Positions 25,001 to 38,954 are shown, counted from the first letter of the stretch. The stretch: DNA of 64,000 bases from Paragordius varius (GCA_964247055.1 OZ176054.1:1364001-1428000), one strand, 5' to 3'. A program made the numbers and translations. Notes: generated by a model from the letters alone, not told the origin.

Positions 25001-28000
25001 GTTTCCACCCCGTTTATCGGTAGCAGCTAATTATATGTATATATACTATAAAAACATTTATGTTTACCATAATCCAGGCTAATTTTAAGTTGAATTTTTG
25101 TCCCTAAATCTGTAGTCGTTATCGGTTGACCATTACTGTCTAGTACTGCCATTTTACAGGGCGGAGGAGTACCATTCGCCTTTAACACTTGATTCGGCAC
25201 TATCATACTAAATAATTGAAATCAATAGCATATTATTTTCATCTAATGAAAATGTTTGAGTAAATTAGCATTATAAAATTACAACTATATTAAATAAATA
25301 AATTAAACGCTTATAAGTTTATTCGAGAATTTAAAACTAATCTGTGGCCTTTTACCTTGGACAGACATAATATGCAATTGTGTTTGTGGGTGTTTGAAAA
25401 ATGTCTATAATGATATAGCTAACGCTTTCTGCTTTCTTAGGTCGTTTAAAAAATTGGCATTATCTTTCAGCCTGGTAAGGTATCTGAGAGACAATTTTAC
25501 TGTGACCGCTTTTTAAAATACTTATTTACGTGTCATTGATGCCGAATTTGGAAAAAGAATTTTTATAAATTGTATCATATATAAATCTAAATTTAAAAAA
25601 ATGGTTCTCAAAAAATATAAACAACCACTGGTAAAAAAATATTATTAAAAACTTTTTATTCGTGGTTTTTTAAATACACATTAATTTGAAAAATGATTGA
25701 GGTAGTAGTAATATGATAGGCTAGAATTCTTTCATTTGGCATCGTTTTGCAACATCGCTTGATTAAAGCCATTCGCCCATATTAGAATTAGATATGGTTT
25801 AAAGAAATTTTATACTTTAAGAGTTTAAAATGGAAAACCATTTAAATTGTTATCGTTTCTTACCATTAAAGTTGTGATAAACAGTTATGTTTAGAAAATA
25901 TTATTCGTTGGTTTATAAATTGAAATTCAAAGTATGTATATTTAAAACCAGTGATACCGAATAAAAATGACCTTTAAGCCATAAATTGAAGTCAATAAAG
26001 CAAATATCATATCCTAACATATTGTAAAACATATGATAGGAGCCTCCGCGAAGATTTACCGATAAAAATTATATCAATATAATACCTAACGTTCAATTCA
26101 TTGGATATGACTCTTTCGCTTTCGTGGTAATAGCAATAAATTTTGTATGCTTTTGCATCAAATGTGAGCAATGTTAAATGTGGTTGGACAACAATGATTG
26201 TGCTGTATTCGCCTTTGTCCTATCAAACAACGAAAAATATTTTTGAGCTATTGTTTAAAAAATTATAAAAATCTTGTTTAACATCCTTGGAATTACACAA
26301 TCGAAACACCTCTTAATATAATGCTATAATGTTACCATATTAATGTCGAAGGCACAATCCCCATATTTGACGTAAAAATTAGTTTGGAAATTAAGCCGAT
26401 CATTATTCATTATAGCCTTGCGGCACTGCTTGACATTAAAATTTCCCCGAACATATACAACTCCATTGAATGGTCTTTGAGTATTAGTAATATTATTATA
26501 ATTGTTGTTTGATTGTTGATTTTCGGAATTGTGAAAATTAAAGGAATTTGGTCGGGTCGAAGAGATTGTCGATTGAAAATTATCCGCAGATTTCACATTA
26601 AAGTTGAACCCAATATCGATACCATCGGCCTTGCAATTAACTAATATATATGTATATGTAATAAATAATGATTTCAAGGATATAAAATAAACAATTTATA
26701 TAATTAGGAGGCAGCTATATTTAACAGGGGTTTTATTTCGCCTATTATGCTTTTCCGATAAAACAACTGGGTTTGCAAAATCATTTAAGTGAAGACCATG
26801 TACCCTAATTATCACACAAAATGGGTAAATGCTATTTTAAGGTTGAATTTATATCTAAAACATATTCCAGCAAAAAATCTTTTCCTCAGTTGGGACCCCA
26901 AATCAATTTAATAAACGTTTCCAGATTCAACGGTTTGAAACTTAAAGGTTGTCCCCCAGTGCCCCAGTTTTACTATTTTTAGACAAAAATTTAAATTGGC
27001 GCTAATTCACTCACGTGTTAATGTTCCTTTGTGAAATTGTTACATAAAATTTAATTGAGAAATGGGTTAAGCAAAATTAAAAATATATATACATTCATCT
27101 ATGATTCTTATCATCAATTTTATATGATAATATACTTTGAATGAATTCGTTATTTATATCAATCGATCGGGATTTTCCTATCAAGTTTTTCTGATTAGCT
27201 TTCATCCTTTCATTCCATTCATTCTGTTCTTTGGGTTGGGATTCATCAAAATATTTTTTTTGTAATCGATTGATGTTAATGTTAAATTTGGCGTATTCTC
27301 TTGATGGATCGTAATTGTGTAAATTTTGTAAGTTATATTCATATTTTTTTGGCATTTTACGGGCTAAGCCATTTGGCATACTGGGTGGCGTCCAGTCAGA
27401 AGCATTTGGATTAATATTGGTAAAATATGAACTCAATTTTTCATTTGAACTCATATTGGTTTCGTTGTGGATTGTGCTTCTCATGGATGGCTGTTCGATT
27501 ATGTTCTCAAAATGATTATCTAATATTAATTATAACATCGAATTAATTTATAAAAAAATGAAAATAAATTAAAAATAGTTTATGTTGGAATGATGTAAAT
27601 TTTATAGATTTAACATTTCCATAAAAAATGTGTGAAAAAAATCTAAACGTTAAAATTTGCGGCAAGTATATTATATTTTGGGCTATAACAATAAATTTTT
27701 AATTAATTTATACTACATTTAAAAACTGTATTTAAAAACTTTTATTTCTCCATTGTTCACAAATCTATCGGTTGAATACTTTTTAAAAATTATGAGTGCA
27801 TTCAAAATCATAGTAACTGGTACTCAAATTCCTTTTGAAAAATTTAAGCAGTAAATTATGAATTATATTTACAAAAATATACCTTGGCAAAAATATGCTC
27901 CTATAGAATTGACGCATTTCCCGGGTTTACATAATTCAGGATTTTCTCCACATTCGTTTATGTCTAATCAAAAATTATAATATATAAGAACAAAAATTTT

Positions 28001-31000
28001 TTTGGAAAACAATATTAGAAAAAATAAAAGTACCGCCTAATTCTTATAATTCAGTCAAGATTTTAATTTTTAATAATACAGAATTGCTTGTCAATGCATT
28101 ATGAAGTGTAGAACAAAACAAAAGTAATGCGATCGATCTATAAAATATCCGTATTTATAATAATATCTAATAAACAAATTAAATAAATATCTGTAATAAA
28201 AATCTTCACATAAAAGCCTTCGACTCCCATGAAATGTATAATGTATTGCAAAATATTTAAGCCATCACACCATTTACCAATTTGCTTGCTAAGATGTTTT
28301 ATTTTTTTGCTTTTATATCCGGTTTTAAACCGGTTTCGTTATTTTCCTATTTATCAATTCTTTTCTGATAATTGAAAGGCTATTAGCAATATTTTTAATG
28401 TTTTATATTGTTTAAAAACCGCTGATATATTACATTAAATCATAATTTAAACCCTTGACTTTTTCGTAATGATCATAATTTTTTTATACAAAATTGTTTA
28501 TTATTAAGAAGATGTTATTCTGCATAAACCTTATATCGTGTAACATTTATAACAGCAAACTAAATAATGAGTGGTATTAAGACATTAAATGTAGAGTATA
28601 CCTTGGCAATCAGTGCCATTCCTCACAAATCCGGGATTGCAAACGCATTTATAACGATTTTCCTCTTGATTAAATAAACAACGAGCATTGAGATTGCAAT
28701 TGAGAGCCGCATCCCATTCATGTGACTCGATTTCGTTCGACGGTTGGCATTCATTTATATCTGGATATGAATGGAATATTAAAAGCTGAAATATTTAATG
28801 TAAACATTTTGGAAAAACTGGATTTTTCGATTCAATTTTTTGATCGTCAGAATACCGATTATTAATATTTGGCGTACATTTTCATAAAACTATTTTTTTG
28901 GATTTGTTAATCATTTTCTCTATCTTAATATGTAGCCATTCAAAGCATTGGGGTACAATATGGGAGGCATAGGCTGCCATGTCAGCTAAACACTTGCAAA
29001 AAACTGAGAAAATTGAAGGGAGAAATAAATAGTTTCAAATTGGCCATAAGTTAATTGCAATTAATAAAACTGGGAGCAGCTAAAATTTATAAATGCAGTC
29101 AAAGGATTAATCAGGATACTTTTACCTTCTTTACATGGTTTTAAAGAAATATAATATGTCAATAATTTCATAGGGAAGGAACGGGATAATAAAGTTTAAA
29201 ATTTAACAAATATTCTTAATCAATAAACTACAATTATACTTTTGCATCGAACGTATGGATTGCCAGATTTATTTTGTGGGCATTTGCAAATGTAGGATCC
29301 TTGCGTGTTTTGACATAATGCATCAATACCACATTTAAAATGCAACGGGTTTTGACATTCATCAAAATCTAAAATCGGAGGCATAAATTCTTAGCTGTTT
29401 TCATTACAAAAAAATTCATTGTAAAAATTTTTCTATAGAAACCTTGACAATCAGATCCGTTCCCCACATATCCATCTTTACACTGACATTTATAAGACCC
29501 GGGAGTGTTGAGACAAACGGCATTAGGTCCACAAATTTTATCATCATTTTTATTTTTGTAAAGACGATTGATGCCAAAGTCATTGGATTCGCATTCGTTA
29601 ATATCTAATTGATTGAATAAATATTTTTTGGTGTGTTCATATATAATAATAAAATTAATAAAAATACGCATTTACTTTAAATTACCATTTAAATCAATTT
29701 TAGTTTAATAGTCCATAACTATGTCAATCATAATCAAACTTATTTAAAATAGGATCATCTTAAAGGAATAAGTCATTTAAATAAGAAAACTCATCGGAGC
29801 ATGCATGAGTCTCACCACCAATTTGATGGCGAAGTTAAATTTCAACAAAATCGCATATAATATATCTGGTTATAATGAGACAAAAAACATCCATTTGGAT
29901 ATGTAATGTATATAATTTATATCATTTTAATTTTAAATTTAAAAAGTAAAACGTAATTACTTGTGCTAATTATTAATGCAATAAAAATAAATTTAGTATT
30001 GGAATACTTCATGATCTTTTGGGTAGTTTAATATCCTGGAGCGATTTAAATACCTTAAAAGTATTTGATGCATTTGGCCGAATTTAAAAATATACTTTTT
30101 TAGCCTTTTAGGCGCATAATACAAAAAATAATATTTAAAAATGTAAAATTCTCATCTCAAACTTTTTCGCCGCCCTTTTTTACTTTAAATTTTTTTAAAC
30201 CGCTAAAAAATATCCAAATAAATGTATATTATGGTTTAAAATGTAGAAAATTAACTTTAGTAAGAATCCAGTATTCAATACAGTAAAAACTTAGTTTTTA
30301 TTGATTTAAAATCAGCTGTTTAGTTCAATCGGGTTTTAGAGCTATCCCAATTTTGAACTCTAAAAGAGGGGTGTTAAACACGCGAACCCTCGACAAATAA
30401 TGTGCGGCCCGCGAAAAACTTGGTAATCTATAGTAATATCAAAAAATCTCAGAATTGCTATTTTACCAAGAAATTCTTAGAATAAGTCTATTTAATTGAC
30501 AACAAACTAGAAGATTGCTATAATGCATTTGCATTTTATAGTCTTATGTTTAAAAATAAAATATTTAATGCCTATGTATAAATCGAATGCGGCCCGCGAA
30601 GCCATTTGTGTTGGACACCCCTGCTCTAGAAGTCAAAAGTAAAAATATAAGCTTTTTTATCTAATACAGAAAAACAATATTTAATATAAATTTTAACTGA
30701 AATAACTTTCAAACATTGTTTATTTACAAATTTGATCTCTGGAATATAAAAGTACCATTCGTTTTGTGAAACAGAATAGAAAAAATCCAGGCCTAAAAAT
30801 AATTGTAAAAATAGTTATTGATAGGTCCAATACCCTAATATCTAAAATAGCGTCATTCTGGGTAATCCCAGATAGCTAGTGTACGTAATCCATATATACA
30901 TGATTTATTTAAACAGTATGCGGAATATTTTGAATAAGTCATCTCTTTTTAACCTAAAATTTAAACCGCAAAAAAGCCGCCATCGTGCTTAAAAAATTAA

Positions 31001-34000
31001 ATATTAAATTAGCTAATAAATAATCATAAATACATTATTATATATCAAATAATCACTCCTTTCCGAATAACAAAAAGGATTAATTTAAAAAAGATGCGAA
31101 AGACTCGCCTTCGACCCGTATGATGATATATGCATGCATTGGTCAAAGAAATATTATCCCATTACACTTTTATAGCTACCCAAAAAAAATTAATGTAGGA
31201 TATTCAACCATAACCAAAATGTGAGATATAGTTATGAACCTGTGCAAACACCATTTAACATTTGATAACCGGATTGACAGCGACATTCATAGGAGCCGAT
31301 TTTATTGATACAAGTTGACAGATTTGGGCATTTATTAAGAGCAGGATCCGCGCATTCATCTAAATCTGTTGTTAAATATTATTCATGTTAAAAATTTATT
31401 ACAAAAATGTGTTTTATCCCTTATAGTTTACACATTTTACCATTGCAAAATTCTCCTGAACCAATGAATCCTTTATTGCATCGACATTCATGGCCACCAA
31501 TCTTGTTTACACAATAAGCATTTTGATGACACATTTGTTTGGATTGATTTTGACATTCATCGATATCTATAAACCAATAATAAGTCTTAATTACACCATA
31601 TCATAATCTATAATATAAATAAAAGTTTAGATTCTCTTTGATTGTCTTTTATTAAAATCTGGATTGGAATGTCCAACACAAATGGCTTTGCTGGCTGCGT
31701 TGATTTAAAAAATCCGGCGGGCCTCATTTGATATATAAGTATGGGCATTTATAAATAATTTATTAGATTTGAACGTCAAACTCCAAAATGCAAACGCAAA
31801 ACAACAATTTTTTTCTATTTGCCAATTAGATGAGCTTATTTAGAAAAATGTCAAATAAATATCAATTTCGCTAAGATTTAGTGAGCATATATTGCAAATT
31901 ATGAATTTCCAAATTTTTCACTGGCCCACATAAAGTCTCCGAGTGCCACTGTGGCACCCCTGATTTAAATTGTATATAGTATTAGAACTACTCGCCAGAG
32001 CTATTGATGGTAAAAAATTTCGCGGGGTAAGCCCACAATCCTACAACCTATATAATCATGATGATAAACTTAGTTAATCTTTTTGAAAAAAACTGATTTT
32101 AGACAGTATGAAATGGCTAAAACTTTACATATCAATGAGGTAATAATACATAATTCTAAGCTTGTGTTTCAATAAGAAAAGCATCTAGAATGCAAAAATC
32201 AATATATAAATTTGAATTTTAGAGTTTTGAAATGAGAAAAATTTATATAATCTGTTTTGTCCAAAAGCTGTATAGGCACAACCATTTTAAATTTTATAAA
32301 TTGTGATACCGCGTTGGGTATCTGAGATGAGGTTTGTCGTGGAAAAATTGCGATTTTGAAGTTTTTCTGAACTCTATACTCTCATACTTTTTTGACTAGA
32401 TTATGCGATATATACAGTATACAGCTAATAAATTTAAATCAAAAAATATTAAAACGCTAAAATGTTTATTTAAAAATATAACCGTGACAAACGCCGTTTA
32501 AAAGTTCAAAACCCTTATAGCACTGACAAGTGTAGCTCCCGATACTATTCAAGCATTGCGCATATTTGAATGTGTTGCATATGTTTGCATCGGTGCATTC
32601 ATCGACATCTGTATACATAACACCCATTAAATTGATTGTATTGCCTGTTTAAAGGATAACTTTATTGAATAAATGCTTAATTATCTTGGGTTTTCATATA
32701 TATTTCATCAAAATAAATAAGTGTTTTATCAATATTTTAATAAAAACTTAAACATAACCTTCCTTCTTAATTTTAATTTTGCGGTTAAAAATTAAATATA
32801 AATGGATCGAGGGGGTAATTAATATATATAGTTATTGTTCTTCCCATTTTTTTCTAAATTTTTATATTTTAATTTTGTTACCTTAAATATATTATAAAAA
32901 AAATTTAAACCTATTTAATAGCGAGCGGCTATAAATAAATTCAACAATATTAATATCATATAGATATGAATTCTTAAAATTTTATAATCTTACTGATATA
33001 TTTGTAAAAAAAATTATCGAATTTTTAATTTTTCGAGAGCATTTTTTTAAATTAATAAAATTTATGTTACCATTAATTCTTATTCTATATAAAAAATACA
33101 TAATGCAATCATAAATTAATGTAGTGTACCTTTGCAAGATAAATATCCGTCGCCGGAAAACCCGTTTTCACATTCACAGTAATATGAACCAGGCACATTG
33201 TAGCATTTTGCGTTGCTGGCACAGGCCTTACTAGCTCTAACAGCTACTCTTTCTCCCTCATCTATAAGGCTGTTTGTGTTTACCAAATAATTAACATTTC
33301 TTCGCCTATGAGATTTCGTAGAATTTTGAACGAAATCCCCAATATCGGTGTAATCTTGACGAGTCGAATTAAATATATTTAAAATGTTAGCATGTCTTTT
33401 CCGTTGATAGGTTGCCAACAAAGATTGACTTAATTGTTTTTGTAAATGTGAAGTGGTTGGGAAAAACATGTTTCTCCCACGTAGCAACGCTGAATAGTAG
33501 GGGTGAGAGAAATCGCCAAATCCAGCGCCTTCCATATCAAAATGTGGAGCAGTTTCTTGCGGGTTCAAACATTCATCAATATCTATTAATTATTTGGGAA
33601 TACAATGTATTGTTGCATCATTATAGGTAACATAAAAATTATCATCGACAATATAATTTGATATTCCGATTAATGTTGGGTCTAATCGGTTAAATAAGCA
33701 TAATGTGACTATAATTTAGACAGCTTTAATAACCGCCATTTTTTTAACTTCCCGTATTAAAACTATTGAATATTATAAATTGAGGAATAAAATATTTATT
33801 TTTTATCTAAAAATTGCGATAAGAATGCCTGAGACCAAATATAAATGCTATTTTTGACCACTCGAAATTCTCCCTAATTATAACAATGACAAAATATTTT
33901 TAATCATTTTTTTACAATTCTTATGGGCAAAAACAGTAAAAGAGTACATGATATCCAAATCAAAAACAAATTTTAAATTCAATATTGTGATGATGTAGCG

Positions 34001-37000
34001 TTTAATTTTGTCAAAAATGTGTTTCCTATATATCGACAGTTCAAATAATAAATTGTAAACAAAAAAAAGCTTATTCACAATCTCATTTTTAAATAAAAAT
34101 TTTTGGTGAGTTATTAGTGAAAACTTTTAATTGTATTGATTTATACATTTTTAGTTTAATTTGTATAAATTTTTTTGTCCTGATCAATATAAAAAAAGCA
34201 AAATGGGTAATAAGAGTAAGTTCATACGTTTGCTTACTCTAACAAGCTATCCCATTTCGTTATCTATCGGTGAGCTCATTGAATAGTTTATGTTTACATA
34301 TTTAAAAAAAGTAGAAAAGTGAACAGTATGCAAAAACATATTATGAGTCATTACCAAATAGCATTAAACATTAATAATCAGTCTTATTTGCAATAAAATT
34401 CTGTATTGCAAAAAAAACATAACCCTTTGCTGTAAAATAGTATATATCAGGGATGGCCACACTTTTTTTGTCGCGAGCTTTTTTTTGGCTTTTTTGTTAA
34501 AAAAGAGTTCGCGGTCACCCAGAAATATTTATCAAAAAAACTCAATCAACACTTTAAATGATGTATATACCTGCTTTACAGATTAGAGTGACTTGTTTAA
34601 ACCATTTTAAAATTGTAATTTTATCTATCAACCAAAAATAATTTTAATTAAAAGACAACGGGTTATTAACTACCTTAATTTTTTAACCAACATAAAACAC
34701 TTCAAAATATTTATTTATTAAATTTCTATTATATGAAATTTTACATATCTTCAGCCCTGCGCATAACGGTATTTCTCGATAAGCTTATGCTTTTAATAGC
34801 TGTCATAATATAATTTTTGTTATCAAAATTTTTAAATAAAATATCACAAGCGCTAATAAAGGCTTCTTTAAATATTTCACCATCTTGGAATGGCTTATTG
34901 TTCCGAATGAGTATTTCCGCTACCTTAATGAAGCAATCGTAGCATTTTTATAGCCTTTGTTGTATTTAAGTATGCTATTTTGTGAGGCGGATAATTGTTC
35001 TTTTAATTCCTTTACTTTAATGTTGCGTTCTTGAATTTGTAAGGGGTAGTTTTTGGAGTAATGTGGATGCAGAGATCTATAATGTCTTTCAATATTTGAC
35101 TTTTTGGGCAAAGCAACAGTACTATTGCATATTAGACAGGTGCATGTTTCATTTATCATAATAAAAAAGTATTCATGCTCCCAATCTTTCTTGTATCTGT
35201 ACAACTTTTTTTGGCTCATTCTAAAATATAAGTTTTAAAAACCTACTTTTGGTGTATCAAATCAAATCTAACTTCACGATTATGCTTCTGATTTATGAAT
35301 AAGCTTTGCTCAAAGTTTTGATATATTCAAGGGAAATGACTGATTTTAAGTTTTAATGCAAATGCTCCAAAACATATGAAATATAATTAATAAAATAATT
35401 TTTTTACACCCTTTTCTTGGACGTTTTTTTTTAATTTAAACCGTATTTTTTTGTATTTTAAATTTAAACTCGCTCAGAAGTAGCCAACTATCCGAAAAAA
35501 ATCAATAAAATTTTTTAAAAAAAAAATATTTTCAGGCGGTCACTTTTTGAGTTGTCGCGGTCATGAAAGTGACCGCGGTCACCTCGTTGGCCACCCCTGG
35601 TATATATCATCATTTAACAAATCTGGCAATGCATTTTCACTCATAATACAAAATCGACACTCAATTAATTTATGATAATAACTAACCTTGGCATTCAAAA
35701 CCATTTCCTCTGAATCCTGGCAGGCAGGTGCAATAAAAACTTCCTAGTGTGTTTGTGCAAAATGCCATGTTATGACATGGACTGTTTTTGCATTCGTTTA
35801 CATCTGCGTACATTTTTATGATAATATTAATTAATCTTTTTCATAAAATAAAAAATGGACTACATACATCTACACATATATGTTTAATAGAGCAAAAGTT
35901 AATTATATAAATGGTTAAAAATAATTTGCAAAAGCTTAATCCTTTAAACTTAATGTGAACGTTAGTAACCTATATAATAAAGGCTACAAAATTTAAATTA
36001 TTTTTTTATTAACTCTTTGTAAAACTATTCAAGCGCGAAAGTAATATCAACTGTTAAAAAAAATAGTAGAAAGGTTAAATTTGCTTCCTTGTGCATTTCA
36101 AAGTACCATTTTATGTTAATATAACTGGATTAAATAAATTACATAATTTTTAATTAATTTTTTTAAATAAAATTTTCTAAATTTTTATTTTTTTTCAATA
36201 AATAAACCTGGTATATTGCAACTCTTGCCACCCCAATCACAATCGCAATAGCATTGAGAGCCTTTAAGGCAGGTTCCGTGAACACAAGCCGGATAACAAT
36301 CATCTATTTCAAATTAATTTTATAAATTTTATTTTTTCACCATTCCATATTGCAGTAAACTCTATATAGTTTATTGTACCAAAAAATGCATAAAGTACTT
36401 TATTGAAAAAAAGTCCTTGTGAAATTGTTGCTACTATAATTCACAACACAAACACCTTTTAAAACTTTTTATCGAATATAGATGAGGGTATCATATATAT
36501 GCATATAAATGTAAAATTGTGTTCATTAAGGTGAACAATGGGAGGCAATTCATTGTTTCCGAATTCGTTGTAAAAAAGGCCTTTTAAAATGTATAGGATA
36601 CGATGTGAAAAGGTGTGAATTCTAATAAGTACTAAATAACTCTCTGTTAATTTTTTTGTTCTGAATTAACAATAATGGTAGTACATTTGAGTGAAAAAGC
36701 AAATGAACACGTAAAATTAAGCTAGTTATATACAGTATGGGTAAGTAAACATTGCTTGTTTTTCATTATTTATTACTTGATCCTAATCAAAAAGCGAAAA
36801 AATAACTATAAGCCAATATACTGCCCTTTGCTGAATATGCCATCTTACAACAATTCATAATAAAAAACTAAAATTAATTCATAATAAAAAACTAGAAATG
36901 TATAATATTCCACTGTAATGTCCGAAATATATTAATTTTTTTAGTAAAGCAAACTGATTACTATCCCAATTTTATTATTAAGTCTATATATTTTACCTTT

Positions 37001-37384
37001 ACATTCAAGTTTGTGCCTGTCCTCATCAAAAGCATTATAACAATGCGGCACGCCATCACAAATGGCAGAAATATTGTACAAAGTCAAACTTTCTATATTT
37101 GGGTTCGATTGACAAGCAAACATACCCAGCTCACGGTCCAAAATAAATGAATGTGTACCATTCAATAAACTGGCGGACACTAACTAAGCCCCATAAAAAA
37201 TATTTAAAACTAAAATTTTTTTTACACTTAAAGTAATTTTATTTATAAAATTAAATGCAATTAATAAATATGCAAAAATATTTACCATAAATGTCATAAT
37301 CCAACAAAGCATGATGGCTAGTATGAGAATACAATTATGATTAGTAAATTTTTGAGATTCAGAATACAATCGTCTATTGATCAT
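22065..37384 (-). CDS. dpy: Dumpy/FBN-1-like apical extracellular matrix protein: signal peptide, LDLa-like module, ~10 EGF/cbEGF modules, ZP domain, furin site, TM segment, cytoplasmic tail (~1,342 aa)
   Basis: Exons 37384-37286, 37183-36997, 36303-36208, 35803-35687, 33582-33130, 32608-32483, 31566-31441, 31365-31240, 29604-29443, 29368-29240, 28760-28602, 27963-27883, 27519-27136 (donor uncertain), 26640-26336, 26219-26086, 25207-25068, 25026-24746, 24319-24094, 23805-23329, 22285-22065. All are GT-AG and phase-compatible (4029 nt). EGF exons are symmetric phase 1 with D-[IVLF]-[DN]-E-C starts. The N-terminus ([21 protein letters not shown]...LECKDDC..CVHGTCL...DVNECK.SPC...[22 protein letters not shown]) resembles the Drosophila Dumpy N-terminus as I recall it. 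ZP-C signature LVDERGC...FSAFKFP...[17 protein letters not shown] furin site, [22 protein letters not shown]. Confidence 0.88.
30366..30623. mobile_element. hAT (Buster/Charlie-like) MITE, 258 bp, intronic
   Basis: Ends GAGGGGTGTTAAAC and GTTGGACACCCCTG. 8-bp TSD CTCTAAAA/CTCTAGAA with central TA. Subterminal TGCGGCCCGCGAA occurs twice. Confidence 0.8.
34448..35599 (-). mobile_element. hAT (Buster/SPIN/GTF2IRD2-like) internal-deletion derivative, 1152 bp, intronic
   Basis: TIRs CAGGGATGGCCAC and GTTGGCCACCCCTG with perfect 8-bp TSD GTATATAT (34440-34447 and 35600-35607). ORF 34920-35219 encodes a BED-type zinc finger ([28 protein letters not shown]). It continues after a frameshift as [13 protein letters not shown]...LSRNTVMRR; the catalytic region is absent. 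Confidence 0.92.
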
Positions 37385-38789
37385 TTTAAGGAATATAAAT
37401 ATATATAAGCTGATATTTCAAAAAGCTAGTTGTAAACGATATGGATTTTTAAAGAAATTTATCATTACACATTAGGATAACTGTTTCTATGAACAAAAAT
37501 TAATTTAAAATAGAATATCTTTTAGTAAAAACAGGTATTCATAGTAAAAAGGACTTGGAAACTGTTGTATATATGGATAAATGGTGAATAAGCTGTTGAA
37601 AAAAAACTTTTTTTAATCCTTACAAAACGATTCTATGAATATTTAAAGTATTTGAATAGGTAATAAAATTGAATGATTAAAAATTTGAACATAACAACAG
37701 ATTAATAATAATAATATAGTAATCCACTATCCTTTTACCTTTACCACTTTTTTGTTAATTCCTCTCTTTGCATATGACAGAATATACCAAATTTAATATT
37801 AATAGTAACTATTTTTATAATAAAAAAACTAAAAAAATCTTCTACAAAAATTTAATTTTCTTTTAAAATCGTAAAACTTTTAACGAGTTTCGCAATTAAT
37901 TTTTATTTATAAAATAACTTTAAAATCGAATAATTACCTCTATAATATTTCCCGAATGACTAATCTAGATTCGAATTATTCTCAAATTTAGAATGAATAA
38001 AACGGACATTCGGACATTTCTGCCGTATAATTTGCAGTATAAATAATTATTTTTTTTAGAAAATTAAATAAAATTAAAAATATAATAATTTATTGTTTAA
38101 AATCTGTTGTGTTTATGCTAGCTAGACAACTTTCACTTTTTGCATATCCATTTCAATTTTTTATTTTCTCATACATGGATATATATTACAAAGAATTTTT
38201 AAAGTATGCGGTGGATATTTTGTATATACATATATGAGCTATGACAATGTTGAGCAGATAGCATATGTGTCTTTGATATATATAAAATATACTTTTTTTA
38301 TACCTGAGTTGGTGGTCTCTTGTAAAATTCATTAAAATGTTTACATAATATTAAAATATATATATATGTATGTAGTTATTATATGAACAATTTAATTAAA
38401 TTAAAATTATATTTAAAAGGTTCCAATACCAAAAGAGAGACAATACATAATTAAAAATCTAATTACCATATTTGTTTAATTTATGGTACAAAGTTTGGAA
38501 GCGTAATGTCTTGCTTCATTATTTTTCTTATTTTACTTTTTGATATGTACTTTTTCTTTACCTGTAATTTAATTTATTTAATGAAAGAAGGTAAATGTTC
38601 TTGAATTGCCATAAATATTATAAATATATATACAGGTTGTCTCATTAAAGAAGATAATGTAATTAAATTAATTATTAATCAATTAAATGACATTAATCAT
38701 AATTTTGTGATTGAAAAAGAAAGCGTTAACTTTTGAACACTATAAAAGGATTAAATGTATACAAGGATTCGTTGTAGGATACTAAATTA

Positions 38790-38954
38790 CGGTAGCGTAT
38801 GGCATAAAATAATGTTAGTCCATAAAAGAATAAAAAAATGTTTTTTTAAAAAAACCCTAGTTGTATTAACACATATCCATATTCCCTTGTTTTTTTAAAA
38901 AAAACATTTTTTATTCTTCTATGGACTAACATTATTTTATGTCATGCGCTACTG
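38790..38954. mobile_element. 165-bp palindromic MITE with TA target site
   Basis: TA|CGGTAGCGTATGGCATAAAATAATGTTAGTCCATA... and ...TATGGACTAACATTATTTTATGTCATGCGCTACTG|TA. Inverted arms of ~65-70 bp around a short spacer. Confidence 0.75.

Noticed and set aside
28900-29020. FCKC...C peptide on the minus strand as an extra EGF exon
   Set aside because: It has an acceptor-like site but no phase-compatible donor, lacks the first cysteines, and the flanking EGF exons are complete without it.
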